NCBI GenBank assembly: GCA_036867785.1
Contig: CP145412.1
Coordinates: 1,612,001-1,659,604 of the forward strand
Reading direction: 5' to 3'
DNA length: 47,604 nucleotides
Origin: Plasmodiophora brassicae
Taxonomy: Eukaryota
Within the stretch, counting starts at the first letter, position 1, and each line of letters starts with the position of its first letter. Below, piece by piece: positions 11,994-23,494 of this stretch. Below the pieces are notes generated by a model. That model made no database searches. It saw nothing but the letters and a program-made list of their open reading frames with translations, and was not told the origin of the DNA. Position numbers and translations under genes: made by a program.

Positions 11994-12330
11994 CGTTCTG
12001 CAGGCGAGTTTACGTATCAAGTACCCCGCATGCGGTGCATTTCTGTCGAGGTATACGTTTTCGCACCAGGGGATCCCGTCACCGCGCCGTTCCCCCTCGA
12101 ATCGTGTGTACCGTTCCCGGTCGGAACGGAATCGGTACACCGTGTTCCGTTCGCGTCTGCTCGTGTCTGAGTTGGCGCAATCTGGCAAAGACACAGGTGC
12201 GTCGTGCGCCCGCAGAAGCGGCACCGCGTCATCCACTCATAAACGGTCCGACAGCGATGCGTTTCGTTCGCCTGCCTGACGTGTGTTCACGCAACGCTGA
12301 CGAACACTGTGGTGTGTGTGTGTGTGCGGT

Positions 12331-13365
12331 TTATTTGCTGGCGTGGACACTACTGGGCGCACCGGCGATATGCTCCGGTTCGTTGTGATGGGCGGCCGAC
12401 AGGCTTTCGGCAACGTACATCCGGGTGTAGGCCGTGGCGGCGAGGTCGTTCACCTGGTTGCATATTTGACGCAGCGTGTGCGTCACCAGGAATGCGTCCA
12501 GGCGAGAGGGCGCTGTCGGAACGGCGCCACTGCCTGCGATCTTCTGCCTGGCCAGGTTGCGCTGGTAGAACTGGTACCTGCTCTGCTCCTGGGCGTACCC
12601 ATGGACACTCTCGCCCAAGGCCTTCAGGTCCCGGGCCAGGATCGCATGCTGCGACATGGACAGGCGGTCGAACTCGCACGAGACGGTGCCGCTCTCGCGC
12701 AGCTCGTACAGGAACGCATGGACCAGGTTCGAGTTGTGCACCTTCAGCGGGACCTCCTCGAAGATCCTGTTCGAGTCAATGTTGTGCCGCGCGAACCCGT
12801 CCCGGGTCTGGTCGCCAGCCTTGTAGAACGCCATGAATGCGTTCGTCAGTCGGTACGCCTTGATGGCCAGCGTGCCGTAGGCGGTCCGGAACGGGTCGTA
12901 GACGATGACGACCGAGTTCGGGATGCTGACCTGGTAGTCGTACTGTGTGGCAATGATCGACGACCATGCGGACGCGCCGTCCGCGTCGTGCATCATGTCG
13001 CCGGACGACAGCGACTGGTACCACCCGACGCTGTTGCAGTCGACGTTCACCTCGCGAAGAAGTTTCATCATCTGCAGCTGGAACGCCGCGTCATCACGGG
13101 CGGCCGCATCATCGTTCTCCTCGTCGTCCTTGACATCCTTGGCCCAATGCGGGCGCGTGATCGCTGGCGGGGCCGGCGTCGGCGCTGGCATGGGGAAGCA
13201 TCCAGTCACCTCGAGCTTCCCGCTGACGTCCAGACCAAGCAATTGCCCGGACACGGGCTCGGGTAGGCTCTCGCGCGCATGCTTGATGATCTTGATGATG
13301 ACGAGACCGTCGAGCTGGACAGCATCCAGGCCCGGTGCCTGGCCACGCCGGTCGTCCACCACCAT
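12331..13365 (-). CDS. EIF3H: Eukaryotic translation initiation factor 3 subunit H (MPN domain), intronless
   Basis: VQLDGLVIIKIIKH, GQLLGL, LEVTGCFP, MMKLLREVNVDCNSVGWYQS, VIVYDP, KAYRLT, IFEEVP. Confidence 0.92.
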   Translation of the reverse strand: MVVDDRRGQAPGLDAVQLDGLVIIKIIKHARESLPEPVSGQLLGLDVSGKLEVTGCFPMPAPTPAPPAITRPHWAKDVKDDEENDDAAARDDAAFQLQMMKLLREVNVDCNSVGWYQSLSSGDMMHDADGASAWSSIIATQYDYQVSIPNSVVIVYDPFRTAYGTLAIKAYRLTNAFMAFYKAGDQTRDGFARHNIDSNRIFEEVPLKVHNSNLVHAFLYELRESGTVSCEFDRLSMSQHAILARDLKALGESVHGYAQEQSRYQFYQRNLARQKIAGSGAVPTAPSRLDAFLVTHTLRQICNQVNDLAATAYTRMYVAESLSAAHHNEPEHIAGAPSSVHASK

Positions 13366-13475
13366 CGATCGCGTTGTGCCGCCGCGCACTCCGCCGCGGA
13401 CCTTCGCGCGATGTCGTCGAGATGCGCCCCAAAACCGTCAGAGGCTGACGCGCACCTGCCCCGTGCCATTGCGTC

Positions 13476-15384
13476 ATGGCGACGGCAACGACATCCAGCA
13501 GCCAGGAGATCATATCGTTCTGCGAGCCGGCACGCCTGACCGCACATGTAGGACGGCATCGCCTGGGCGCGCCGTCCGCTAATCATGTTGACGTCCGGGG
13601 AAGTTGCAGGGCGTGCTTGGGGGGACCGGCCGGCACGTTGTGCCGTCCGGCGTCGACCTGGTGCATGCGTTCCTGAGCCGCAGCTCCAAGGCACCGGATG
13701 GGTCAATGCGTGCCGTCTTCACCGATATGGCTGTGCAGGTCGTCGTCGATCTCGACCTGCAGCTGGACGCCAGCGCCCTGGTCGAGCATCGGGCCACCAT
13801 CATCGAGCGGGTCGAGGCGCTGCTTGCCGACCGGCAGCCATCGCCTTGGCTCGGGTTACCCGAATCTAGCACGTTTCTCCTAGCATTGTCCAGGTAGGGG
13901 CGTGTCGGCAGCGTTTGTGCCCGCGTTTCTCCTCGTACCGATCGTTCGGTGAATCGTGTAGGTACGTCGTGCGATGTCTTGCGCACAGCCTGCCTGCAAG
14001 TCGTGCACTGCTGGAGAAGCGGTGCCTCGTGGCGATCGACGTACTCGGGTCGTTCCTGGAACGTACCGACGACGCCGACGGCCGCATCGGCGGCGTCGTC
14101 GGCATGGAGCTTGGCGAATACTTCATTCGAGTACGTCGTGCGCCAGCGCCAGCGCATTCGCCCCCCTAAATACTGCATTTGCAGAATGGAGAGATCGAAC
14201 GAGCGACGTCGCACTTAGAAGCCGCTCTGGAACGGGACCCGTCGTCGACCGCTGGTGCCCGCCGCCCAACGATATCAGGGGATGGGCGCCGAAGCGCATC
14301 GGCGCCGCTCTGTGCCGATGCGAGGTTCACACGGGATCGCGTTCAAGGTCTATTGTTCGCATGTCGCCGTGCCGTGTCCGCTGACGTTCCTGGGACACGA
14401 GCGGACGTGCAAATCGACGTCGACGATGGCCTGCCTACGAATCTCCCCGGCGACGAGGAAGAACGTGCCGCCGCTCCCTTTACAACGTCGTACCCCGAGC
14501 CCGTGTCGGACCTGCTGTCGAATGTGAAGGAGGGAACCGCTCAGATGCTGTACGAAGCGGCGAATGCCGTCATGCGCTTACCGTGCGACGACGACCTGTC
14601 GTCCATGCCCGCCGTGCTTGGCGTCCTTCTCGGCCGGCTGCTGGAGCGACTGCAGGCCCACCGAAAGCATCGGTGGGCGTTCCCTGCTGTCTCTGAACCG
14701 CCGTTCCCAAAGCTGAAGGCGAAGGCGTTCCTGGCCGCGACCGGGTGGTCGGCAGACGACGCCATTGCCAGGTTGCTGGACGTGGTGAAGCGGGCGCTCC
14801 ATAGCGAAACGGACGACTGCCGGCGCTCCCGAGCACTGGCGACAATCGCGTTAGCGCAGGGGCACCCTGTGGTCGCCGTCCGCCGCCTGGTCGATGCTAT
14901 TCGTGCGGACGTGAACGCCTCACCATCACTGCCGTTCCGAGAGGTTGGACGATGCGCCCCCGTATCCGACCGGCCATGTGCTGATTGTGCATCGCGCCCC
15001 CAGGCGAACGTCCTCAGAGACCCGCCGACGTTGTCGATGCTGATCGAGGCGCTGCAGGGCGCTGGAGCGTACCTGGAGGCGGCCATCATGTGTCAGATGG
15101 GCCGAGCAGTCGATTATGACGCCGCGCTGGCCGCGTTGAAACAGCACCCTCGGTGCCACAACGCCGACCTGTTCGAGTTCTTGATCGTGCCTGAATTCCT
15201 CGAGGCGTTGATATACGTCCACGACGACGACACGCGGATGCGCCAGGCGGCCATCGATGCCATGGCGCGCCCTGTCATGTCGATGGCGCCCGGCACGAAA
15301 CGCTACCAAACGGAACGCGCACGCATCATGGACGAATTCGTCCTGCGCCTGCTGACCGATCGACGATGGACAGGCGTAGCATAG
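13476..15384 (+). CDS. Putative Integrator complex subunit 8-like protein, several introns
   Basis: C-terminus (LIEALQGAGAYLEAAIMCQMGRAVDYDAAL...FEFLIVPEFLEALIYVH...RQAAIDAMARP) resembles the INTS8 C-terminal region as recalled. Exon boundaries are approximate. Confidence 0.5.
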
Positions 15385-15718
15385 GTCCATGCCTCAGTTT
15401 GCATTCCCGAGCTGTCGCCTGCAACTGTCTGACAATCCGTTTGTTCAGGGGCGTGCGCCTGCGAGTCGAGTACGTCCTGGGTGCCTATCGTCACTGTCGT
15501 TGTCCGTCGTCGGCCTCGGCCTGTGCAACCGCCCAAATGGCCAGTCGTCTGTGCGTTCTACGCGCGCCCTGTATTCTGCAGCGGGATCGAATACACGAAC
15601 GCATCGTCGTGCGCCGTGTCGGATCGTCACGACGGGCGTGATGAGTCACGAGCACCGCAGGCAGACATCGGGCGGTCGTGACGCACGTCGCGCGCTTGCG
15701 AATCGGCGCCCGACGTGC

Positions 15719-15775
15719 CGTGATTCACGCCATGGGACGTGGCAGGTTTCGAGTGGCACGACGGCCGTGACGTCA
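15719..15775 (+). promoter_or_regulatory. Motif cluster CGTGATTCACG / GGGACGTGGC / CGTGACGTCA upstream of His-rich gene copy 1
   Basis: The same three motifs occur in the same order upstream of copy 2 (24472-24512, minus strand) while the intervening sequence differs. They include a CRE-like TGACGTCA and a G-box-like ACGTGGC. Confidence 0.5.
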
Positions 15776-15896
15776 TGCGCCTGGTCCGGCCGTGTGTGTC
15801 GGCCTGGAATCACCCCGCCCGGGAATCACTCGCGAAATCTTCGTCTCGTACCGACAGCTCGACAAGCAGTACTAGGGCCCCTCGACAACGATAGCC

Positions 15897-16460
15897 ATGT
15901 CCGCTGTCCGACTCCTGTTGGTCGCTCTCGTTGCCGGTCTCGTTGTCGCCGACCACTGGGGTCACGACCACGTTGGGGACGACTTCCACGGGCACGGCCA
16001 CGACGATCACGACCACGACCACGAGGATGATGTCGACGACTGGCACAAGCACATGAACGAGGTGCACCGTGACGTCGACGGCAACCTGCTGCACAACAAC
16101 GTCGACTACGACCACATTGACGATATCGACGAAGGCCAGCACCTGGAGCACGAGCGCAAGCACCACCACTCGCACACGCCCCACAACGACCTGGACATCA
16201 AGGACATCCACGAAGACATTGTCACGCCCGACGAGCAGCACCACGTCGAGAACGAGCTGACCGAGCACCACCACCGCAACGACAACGACGAGCACGTGCA
16301 CGGCGAGTACGGCGAGATGATGGACCACGGCGACATGATCCCGTACCTGCACGACCCGGCCATGGGCGGGCAGGGACACGAAGACGGCGTCGACGCGGAC
16401 GGGTGGGAGGCCGGCCACGACCACGAGCACGAGCACGGGCACGACCACGAACACTGGTAA
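15897..16460 (+). CDS. Secreted His/Asp-rich protein, copy 1 (187 aa)
   Basis: Signal peptide MSAVRLLLVALVAGLVVA; 39 His of 187 residues, acidic, no Cys; strong C-ending codon bias; AATAAA shortly after the stop. Confidence 0.85.
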   Translation: MSAVRLLLVALVAGLVVADHWGHDHVGDDFHGHGHDDHDHDHEDDVDDWHKHMNEVHRDVDGNLLHNNVDYDHIDDIDEGQHLEHERKHHHSHTPHNDLDIKDIHEDIVTPDEQHHVENELTEHHHRNDNDEHVHGEYGEMMDHGDMIPYLHDPAMGGQGHEDGVDADGWEAGHDHEHEHGHDHEHW

Positions 16461-16841
16461 CCGCTATTACCATTGGGAATAAACTTCGCGGTCGAACGCG
16501 TCCTCAGCTCGACAGTGTGTGCCCTCTGGCATCCTGTTTTATTGGGTGATAGTTGGATTTCAGCAACGTCTCGAAAGAGAGGTTCACGCTACGCCTTTGG
16601 CGGTTGACAGGACGCAATGGTGTTCGTGAAGGGGTTTGGGCACCGGTCGTGCCTGTTGTGCTCGGCGAACGCGATGCTTTGGCAACTTCAGCCAGTGGCA
16701 TTTCTGGAGACGCCAGCAGGGCAGGCAGACGTGCATGTGCAAGTTGGCCGGAAGGTGTATATATATATGTAGCTATACTTAATAGTCGGGTCTGGATCGC
16801 GGCCAGCCTACACGATCTGCACGTCACTGGCGTAACGTGCC

Positions 16842-17192
16842 TCACGACGGGACCGGTTCCGCCAGCGGTAATTGATACCTGCAGGTAGGGCAGGTATTCC
16901 GCATCTCCAGCCACGGGACGATGCAGCCTTTGTGGAAGATGTGCTGGCATGGCAGTTTCGTAGCCGTGGCCTCTATGCAGAACGCTTCTCGGCATACGAC
17001 ACAGGACGTATCGTCGGTCTGGACCTCGATCTCCTCCAGGGCCTCGATCGCCTTCACGTCCGTCTTCCTGGACAGCTCGTCGTCGTCGTCGGTCGGGCCG
17101 CCATGGACGAACACGAACTGCACCAGGAAGATGAAGGCAGGGCGAGAAAGGTGGCCCGGGTCGGCGCCGACATCGACGTGGTCGGTCGACAT
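16842..17192 (-). CDS. Small RING-H2 E3 ubiquitin ligase (RNF181/RING1-like); 5' end uncertain
   Basis: CVVCREAF...LPCQHIFHKGCIVPWLEMRNTCPTCRYQLP, preceded by an AIEAL motif. Confidence 0.75.
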   Translation of the reverse strand: MSTDHVDVGADPGHLSRPAFIFLVQFVFVHGGPTDDDDELSRKTDVKAIEALEEIEVQTDDTSCVVCREAFCIEATATKLPCQHIFHKGCIVPWLEMRNTCPTCRYQLPLAEPVPS

Positions 17193-17887
17193 GATGACGG
17201 TATGCGGTTATTTAGCGAAGTGGCGCGATCTGGACCAGTCAAAGGGTTGGCCACCTGCGGAGTACCGGCACGGAATATTCCGCGGCTCTTCCGCAGAATG
17301 TTCCTCCCCGCGCAACTTATTTGGCCTGTCTGGCGCACCGCTAACCGATGTCCGGCGCCATCATCGGCAACGCTTCCCGTCACGTGCAATGCACGCGTTG
17401 TTGGCGTTTGCCGTGATGGGAACCGCGGCAGGGGCCCTATCATGTATTGCGTAAACCTGCTACATTCGAGGAGCAGAATATCGTCAGCATGATGGGAGCG
17501 TTTAGCTTGGATTGCTTATCAAGAGACGGCGGTTGCACCACCTTTCACATCAGGCGACGCGTACCATTGTCCAACAACTGCAGCGCGCGGAACCTATTTA
17601 ACCCAAACACTTTGGGAAATCGCAGCATTAGGCATCGCCGACGACGACGAACATCTTCAATCCACAGGATGTACCTGGATATTCCCACCACTCCGTGCAA
17701 CCCACACAGGCTTACACGTGCCGCCTGATACTCAACCTATCGGTAACGTGCCTGTCAAGATCGAGCGAGATGCCCTACTGCTTGCATCGTGTGTCACGCC
17801 GAACGTGGTATGGTACCGCTAGAGAGCGGTACGATCTGTTGGCAGTTTCACATGAAGGTTCTTTTGTTAAATAGACGTTGAGAGGCA

Positions 17888-19375
17888 TTACGCGGCAGCG
17901 ACAGGGGTACCCGCAGGCGCCCTGTTGAAGATGTTCGAGGCCGTCGCCTGTACGCTGAAACGGCGACTGGGAACGGGCGCCGGCGTAGAATGCAACTTGA
18001 TGGGTTTCAACGTTGGCGCGCGGGCCGCTGCGCTGTTCTCCTCAGTGATTAGGAGCGGTACTCCAGTCGCCTTCTCGGCATGAGTCGTCGCCAAGGCTTG
18101 GCGATCCGGGTTGTAATCGAATGCCATGGCAACAGCACAAGCCATACCGAGAAGCAGGAGGCCGTACGCCAGGTTGGCGAGCGACGCGGGAAGCCAGTGC
18201 CGAATAGCGGCAATGAGGATGGGGCCGAGGACTTCGCCAGCCGACATGGACGACGTGATCACACCACTGATCAGGTCAACATCGTCAAAGTGCGCTGTCA
18301 AACCGATCATGACAGGGACGACCGGGGTTAGGACCAGAGCGCAACCGGCGCTGATAGCGGCCAGCACGACCGCCTGCACCAGCGACGTGTCGGGAACAAC
18401 CACAGGCATCCCAGGAATGTTCCCCATCCCGAAAGACAGCATGATCGCCACGCCTGCCAGGCCTGTAACGAACGCGTACTTGGTGTTGGATGGGGACAGG
18501 ACGCGGCCGATGGCGACTGTGGCCAGGGCGTACGACACGGATAGGACGACGAAGCACGCGCCTACGCCTGTCGGCGATAGGTGATGCACATGGTGCAAGT
18601 GCGACTCGAGAGTCAGGTCGAGCAGAGCGAACACGCTCATACCGCAGACGGACACCATGTAGACGAGCAGGACGCCGGGCGTCGATATGACGGCCCCCAA
18701 AGTGGACAACGTTCGTGACTGCGGCGCCTGCTTCGCAGTCGGTCCGGCGTTCGTCGACCTGCCCACAGCGACGGCCGTTACGAGCGTAGTCAGCAGCGAG
18801 ATCGCGGCTGTGACCAGGAACGGCAGGCGGAAGCCGCCCATGTCGAACAGCGTCGAACCGAGCATCGGTCCGATGATGAAGCCAGCTTCGCCGGCAGCGG
18901 CGACCAGGGCGGCCGTACGCGCGACGTCATCCGGGAACTGACGTGCGAATATGGACGTCAGACCCGTTTCGGCGGCAGCGTACCCGATGCCATGGCCAAG
19001 GCGGATGACGACAGCGGCGGTCGTGTACAGCGACGGATCGTCGATGACGTCGATGAAGGCGAACGCGAGGACGGAGAGCGAGGTGACCAGTCCGCCGTAG
19101 AACAAGAGCGCCGTGCTGGAGGCGAGCGTGCCGCAGAAGGGCGCCACAAGGAAGACGGCGAACGGCAGCGCCGAAAGGATGCATCCAACCGCGGTCAGAG
19201 GTAAGTCGTGGTCGGCGGCGACCGACGGGAAGAAGGGCCCCAGCAGAGAGATCGGAATGGTCAGCACAGCGGCGACCAGGCACAGCACAACGATGCGTGC
19301 CCGAGGTGATACAACCACCGCCCCCGTCTCCACATCGTAGTCAGGTAACGATTCGTACGCCGTCGACGATCCCAT
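17888..19375 (-). CDS. MFS transporter (SLC18B1/DHA1-like)
   Basis: About 12 hydrophobic segments; LGPFFP, IRLGHGIG, GFIIGPMLGSTLFDMGGFRLPF, GEVLGP. Likely start MGSSTAYESL at 19375; the ORF extends to 19717. Confidence 0.85.
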   Translation of the reverse strand: MGSSTAYESLPDYDVETGAVVVSPRARIVVLCLVAAVLTIPISLLGPFFPSVAADHDLPLTAVGCILSALPFAVFLVAPFCGTLASSTALLFYGGLVTSLSVLAFAFIDVIDDPSLYTTAAVVIRLGHGIGYAAAETGLTSIFARQFPDDVARTAALVAAAGEAGFIIGPMLGSTLFDMGGFRLPFLVTAAISLLTTLVTAVAVGRSTNAGPTAKQAPQSRTLSTLGAVISTPGVLLVYMVSVCGMSVFALLDLTLESHLHHVHHLSPTGVGACFVVLSVSYALATVAIGRVLSPSNTKYAFVTGLAGVAIMLSFGMGNIPGMPVVVPDTSLVQAVVLAAISAGCALVLTPVVPVMIGLTAHFDDVDLISGVITSSMSAGEVLGPILIAAIRHWLPASLANLAYGLLLLGMACAVAMAFDYNPDRQALATTHAEKATGVPLLITEENSAAARAPTLKPIKLHSTPAPVPSRRFSVQATASNIFNRAPAGTPVAAA

Positions 19376-19677
19376 TGGAAAAGTAGATTTGACCAAGTGG
19401 GCAACCAGATGGCTCGTCGTCGCTTCCTGGCCGTGACTCACGCCGGCCCCCGTTCCGACTTGGATGACATCATCGAGGTTTATCCTATCGAACAGCGGCA
19501 CCGAGATCGTTACATCGTCAGCACCACCGCTCGTTGGCCCACAGTGCATCGTCGAACGATGCCATGAGCGAGGGTCGACAGTTGCGATGCAGCACCAGGT
19601 CATCGTCGTCAGCCACATTGATCCAGTACAGGCAGTGACAGAACGTCCAGGTGAGGTCGTCTGCGTCAACCAGTCCC

Positions 19678-20592
19678 ATGGTCGTGTCGTTGCCAATGCC
19701 ATGGCCGTCACCCACACCGAGGACGGGCATTCGTCATTTCGCTATCGTGATCATGACGACGCTGTTTGTCGGGTTGGCGGCCACCGTCGTGTTCGTTGCA
19801 TTCGCGTCCGGGTTGGTGCAGGTCAAGCAGCGCGCGCTGACGCCCATCGACCTGATGACCGGTACTGGCGTACCACCGCTGGTCGGCGACCCATCCAGCC
19901 CAGGGGCCTTCCTGTCCAGCATCGCCGCTCAGTCGTCGGCCAGATCATCGAGCAACATTCTGGGACCACGCCTGGCCGCCACCCCGCTGCAAGGGGCCGT
20001 CATCGTCGTCGACGCTGAGCCAGACAGGATCGCCCACGTGCTGAATTACACAGTGGAATGCGCCCTGGATCCCGTTCAATCTGTCAACGTCTCCATCTCG
20101 TCAAGGTCGTACACCTTCCAAGGAGCACACGGCCTGGCACCCCAGTGGCAGGTGCGGGAACTCGACCAGGACGCCCAGGAAATGGTCAGCGCCTGTATCA
20201 TTGCTCGAATGACGTTCTGGGATGAGGTCGGCATCCCCGTCTCAATACGAGGTAACGCACCTGGACTGGTTCCAGCAGGCGACGAACAGCTCGAGTTCCC
20301 AGTCATGGAGGGCGCATTCTGGGGCAACCTGTTCCTGCAGGATCCTGTGGCATACACCTGCTCGCACAAGGCCGCTCTGCTTAATTCGTATGCGCACCTG
20401 CGAGTGTGCACGACCGGCGTTCCCGTCGACTACGATGGCAGCACTTGGTCGTGCGGTTTCGTCCAATCCGTTGGCGAATGCAACGAGCACTGCGATCCGT
20501 ACCCGACGATGGCGCCCACCATCTACGGCACCTGCCTCGGTAACCCGCACGTCATCACGACGTACCTCGCCAACGCGACCAAATCTCCATGA
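19678..20592 (+). CDS. Membrane-anchored/secreted Cys-rich protein of unknown function, intronless (start could be 19678, 19696 or 19753)
   Basis: N-terminal hydrophobic segment, then LNYTVECALD...GLAPQW...VSACIIAR...VSIRG...EGAFWGNLF and a Cys-rich C-terminus; coding-like codon usage. Confidence 0.75.
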   Translation: MVVSLPMPWPSPTPRTGIRHFAIVIMTTLFVGLAATVVFVAFASGLVQVKQRALTPIDLMTGTGVPPLVGDPSSPGAFLSSIAAQSSARSSSNILGPRLAATPLQGAVIVVDAEPDRIAHVLNYTVECALDPVQSVNVSISSRSYTFQGAHGLAPQWQVRELDQDAQEMVSACIIARMTFWDEVGIPVSIRGNAPGLVPAGDEQLEFPVMEGAFWGNLFLQDPVAYTCSHKAALLNSYAHLRVCTTGVPVDYDGSTWSCGFVQSVGECNEHCDPYPTMAPTIYGTCLGNPHVITTYLANATKSP

Positions 20593-20855
20593 GTACAAGC
20601 CATTTACCACGTGTTTCTCGTGCCGTCAATCGCGGATCTGGGCTGTCTGGCTAGGTGCAATCGCGTCGAACAGGCGTGACCAGCGACGGGTGGGGGTGCC
20701 AGCGTGTCCGAATGTTCCACGGCGGAACATTCCGGGCAAGGCCCACTTACGACGCGTCGGGTACCCTCATCAGGTTACGCAGTCCGGGACTGCAGACCTG
20801 AGAAGCGCCATTTTGCTTATCAGTGTGTGGGACGACGACACCATCCGTGTCCAGA

Positions 20856-23494
20856 ATGTTGGGTAGATACGCAGGACGACGCGCCCAGGCGAGCCTGGCG
20901 CGTCGCTTCATGCAGACCATGGACCTAGGCGCCGACATGAAGCCAGGCGAGGCGCTCTGTACGTGCGAGGGACTGGACTGCGCCCTCCCCGGCCATTCAC
21001 TGACAGGCGTTCTCGCAGCGAAATACACGACGGACCTGACCGAGATCGCACGCCAAGGACGTTCCGACCCCGTCATTGGGCGTGCCGACGAAATCCGCCG
21101 CACCATCCAGGTCCTGTCGCGACGCACGAAGAACAACCCGATCCTGCTCGGTTCGTTTACTGTATGTGGTTTGTCGTTCTGCCTCTGAACGGGAATCCTG
21201 CCGCAGGCCAGCCGGGGACGGGCAAGACGGCCCTTGTGGAAGGGTTGGCGCAGCGTATTGCCGCAGGCGAGGTTCCCGATTCGATCAAGTCGAAGCGGCT
21301 GCTGTCGCTGGACCTGTCGGCCATCGTGGCAGGCGCGTCGTTCAAGGGCGAATTCGAGAAGCGGTTCAAGGCGCTGCTGAAGGACGTCACCGCCGAACAT
21401 GGCAGCGTCATCCTGTTCGCCGACGAGATCCACCAGCTGGTCGGCATGGGGTCGGCGGGCGGCGATAGCGCCATGGATGCTGCCAACATCATCAAACCAG
21501 CATGTCCGTTCTAACCCATCGTTCATGATTGCTCGGTTCATTGATGTTCGTGCCTGGCAGTGGCTCGTGGCGACCTGCGCCTGGTGGGCGCGACGACGTT
21601 CGAGGAGTACCGCAAGTACATTGAGAAGGATCAGGCGCTCGCGCGCCGCTTCCAGCCGGTGTTCATATCGGAGCCGACCGTGCAGGACACGATCGCCATC
21701 CTGCGTGGCCTGAAGGACAAATACGAGCTCTGGCATGGTGTGCGCATCGCCGATTCGGCTGTGGTGGCCAGCGCCAACTACGCCAAGCGGTACTTGTCGG
21801 ATCGCAAACTGCCCGACAGCGCCATCGACCTGTTGGACGAATCGGCCAGCCGGCTGCGCATGGAGAAGGAGAGCAAACCGCACGACCTCGCCGAGATGGA
21901 CAGGCAGATCCTGACGATGCAGATCGAGATCAGCGCGTTGAAACGCGAGACCGACCCGGACAGCGTTGCCCGTCGGGAAACTCTGGAGACGTCGTTGCGA
22001 GACATGCAGGGTCGCGCTGCCGAACGCACCACGGAATGGCAGAAAGATAAGGAACGCAGGTAGGAGCGCTGCCCCTGCCGCCAGACACGGCATGGTGACG
22101 TCTGCGTCTGTAGGCAGAGCGCGATTGCGGTTCGAGAGAAGCTGGACGATGCGCGCCGGCAACTGGAGCTGGCGCAGGCGGCCGGTGACTTCAGCCGCGC
22201 CGGCGAACTGAAGTATGGCGTGATCCCGGCGCTCGTCAATGAAGTGGCCACGCTGGCACCGGTCCTGAAGTCGGAGGCGGTCACCGAGGACGACGTCGCC
22301 GCCGTCATCTCGCAGCGCACCGGCATTCCCGTATCGCGTCTGCTGGTCGGCGAATCCGATCGCCTGCTGCGAATGGAGGAGGAGCTGTGCAAGCGGGTCG
22401 TCGGTCAGGATGAGGCGATCGCGTCCATCAGTGATGCGATTCGCGTGGCACGTTCCGGCCTGCATCCGCCGACGAAACCAATCGGCACGTTCCTGTTCCT
22501 CGGGTCATCTGGGTGTGGGAAGACGGAACTGGCCAAGGCGGTCGCCGAGTTCATGTTCAACGACGAGTCGGCCATGGTCCGGATCGACATGAGCGAGTAC
22601 AGCGAGCCGCACTCGGTCGCGCGGCTCATCGGTGCACCACCTGGATACGTTGGGTTCGTTATCGCGTGCAGCAATTCCGACTGTCTCGCATGGCTGACTA
22701 TTACGTCCAGGTACGATGAAGGCGGACAGCTGACCGAACCTGTTCGTCGCCGCCCGTACAGCGTCGTCTTGTTGGATGAAATCGAGAAAGCCCATCGTCA
22801 GGTCGACAACGTCCTGTTGCAGCTCCTGGATGAAGGTATACGCACGTGCGCTTCCGACGTCATCGTCGTCTCAGGTGAACCTAAACCGGGGTTCCAGGGC
22901 GCCTTACGGACGGGTCCGGGAAGACGGTCGACTTCCGCAACACGATCGTGATCATGACTTCCAACCTGGGGACGGTTGGGCGCAGTTCAGACTACACTGC
23001 TAAGGAGCGGCGCCGCGTGTCCATGGAGGCGGTTCGCGAGCATTTCCCACCGTACGTTGCCACACCGATGTCTCCCCAAGTACCCGACCTGATGTCTCCT
23101 GTATAGGGAGTTCATCAACCGCCTGGACGAGATCGTTCAGTTCAATGACCTGTCACCGGTGGCGATGCGCCCGATCTGCGACATCCAGCTGCAGCGGATC
23201 CAGGCGACGCTGACTGCCGAACAGCGCGTCAAGCTCAAGGTCGACGATGCTGCCCGCGACTACTTAGCCGAACAGGGATACGATCCCGATTACGGTGCGA
23301 GGCCGTTGAAGCGTGTCCTGCAGAAGCAGCTGCTGAACCCGTTGGCGCGCCTCCTGCTGAGCGGCAACGCCATGAAGGGCGACACGGTCCACGTCACCCT
23401 GGACGACGATCGCAAGCTTCAGTTCCATACTCATCATCCCGATGAGCAGCTGCAGCCCGTTCCCGCCAAACCGGACGCCATCGTTGCTGCGTAA
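20856..23494 (+). CDS. clpB: ClpB/Hsp78-type AAA+ disaggregase, probably mitochondrial, with introns
   Basis: Presequence-like [18 protein letters not shown] and no Clp N-domain; [91 protein letters not shown]. Confidence 0.93.
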
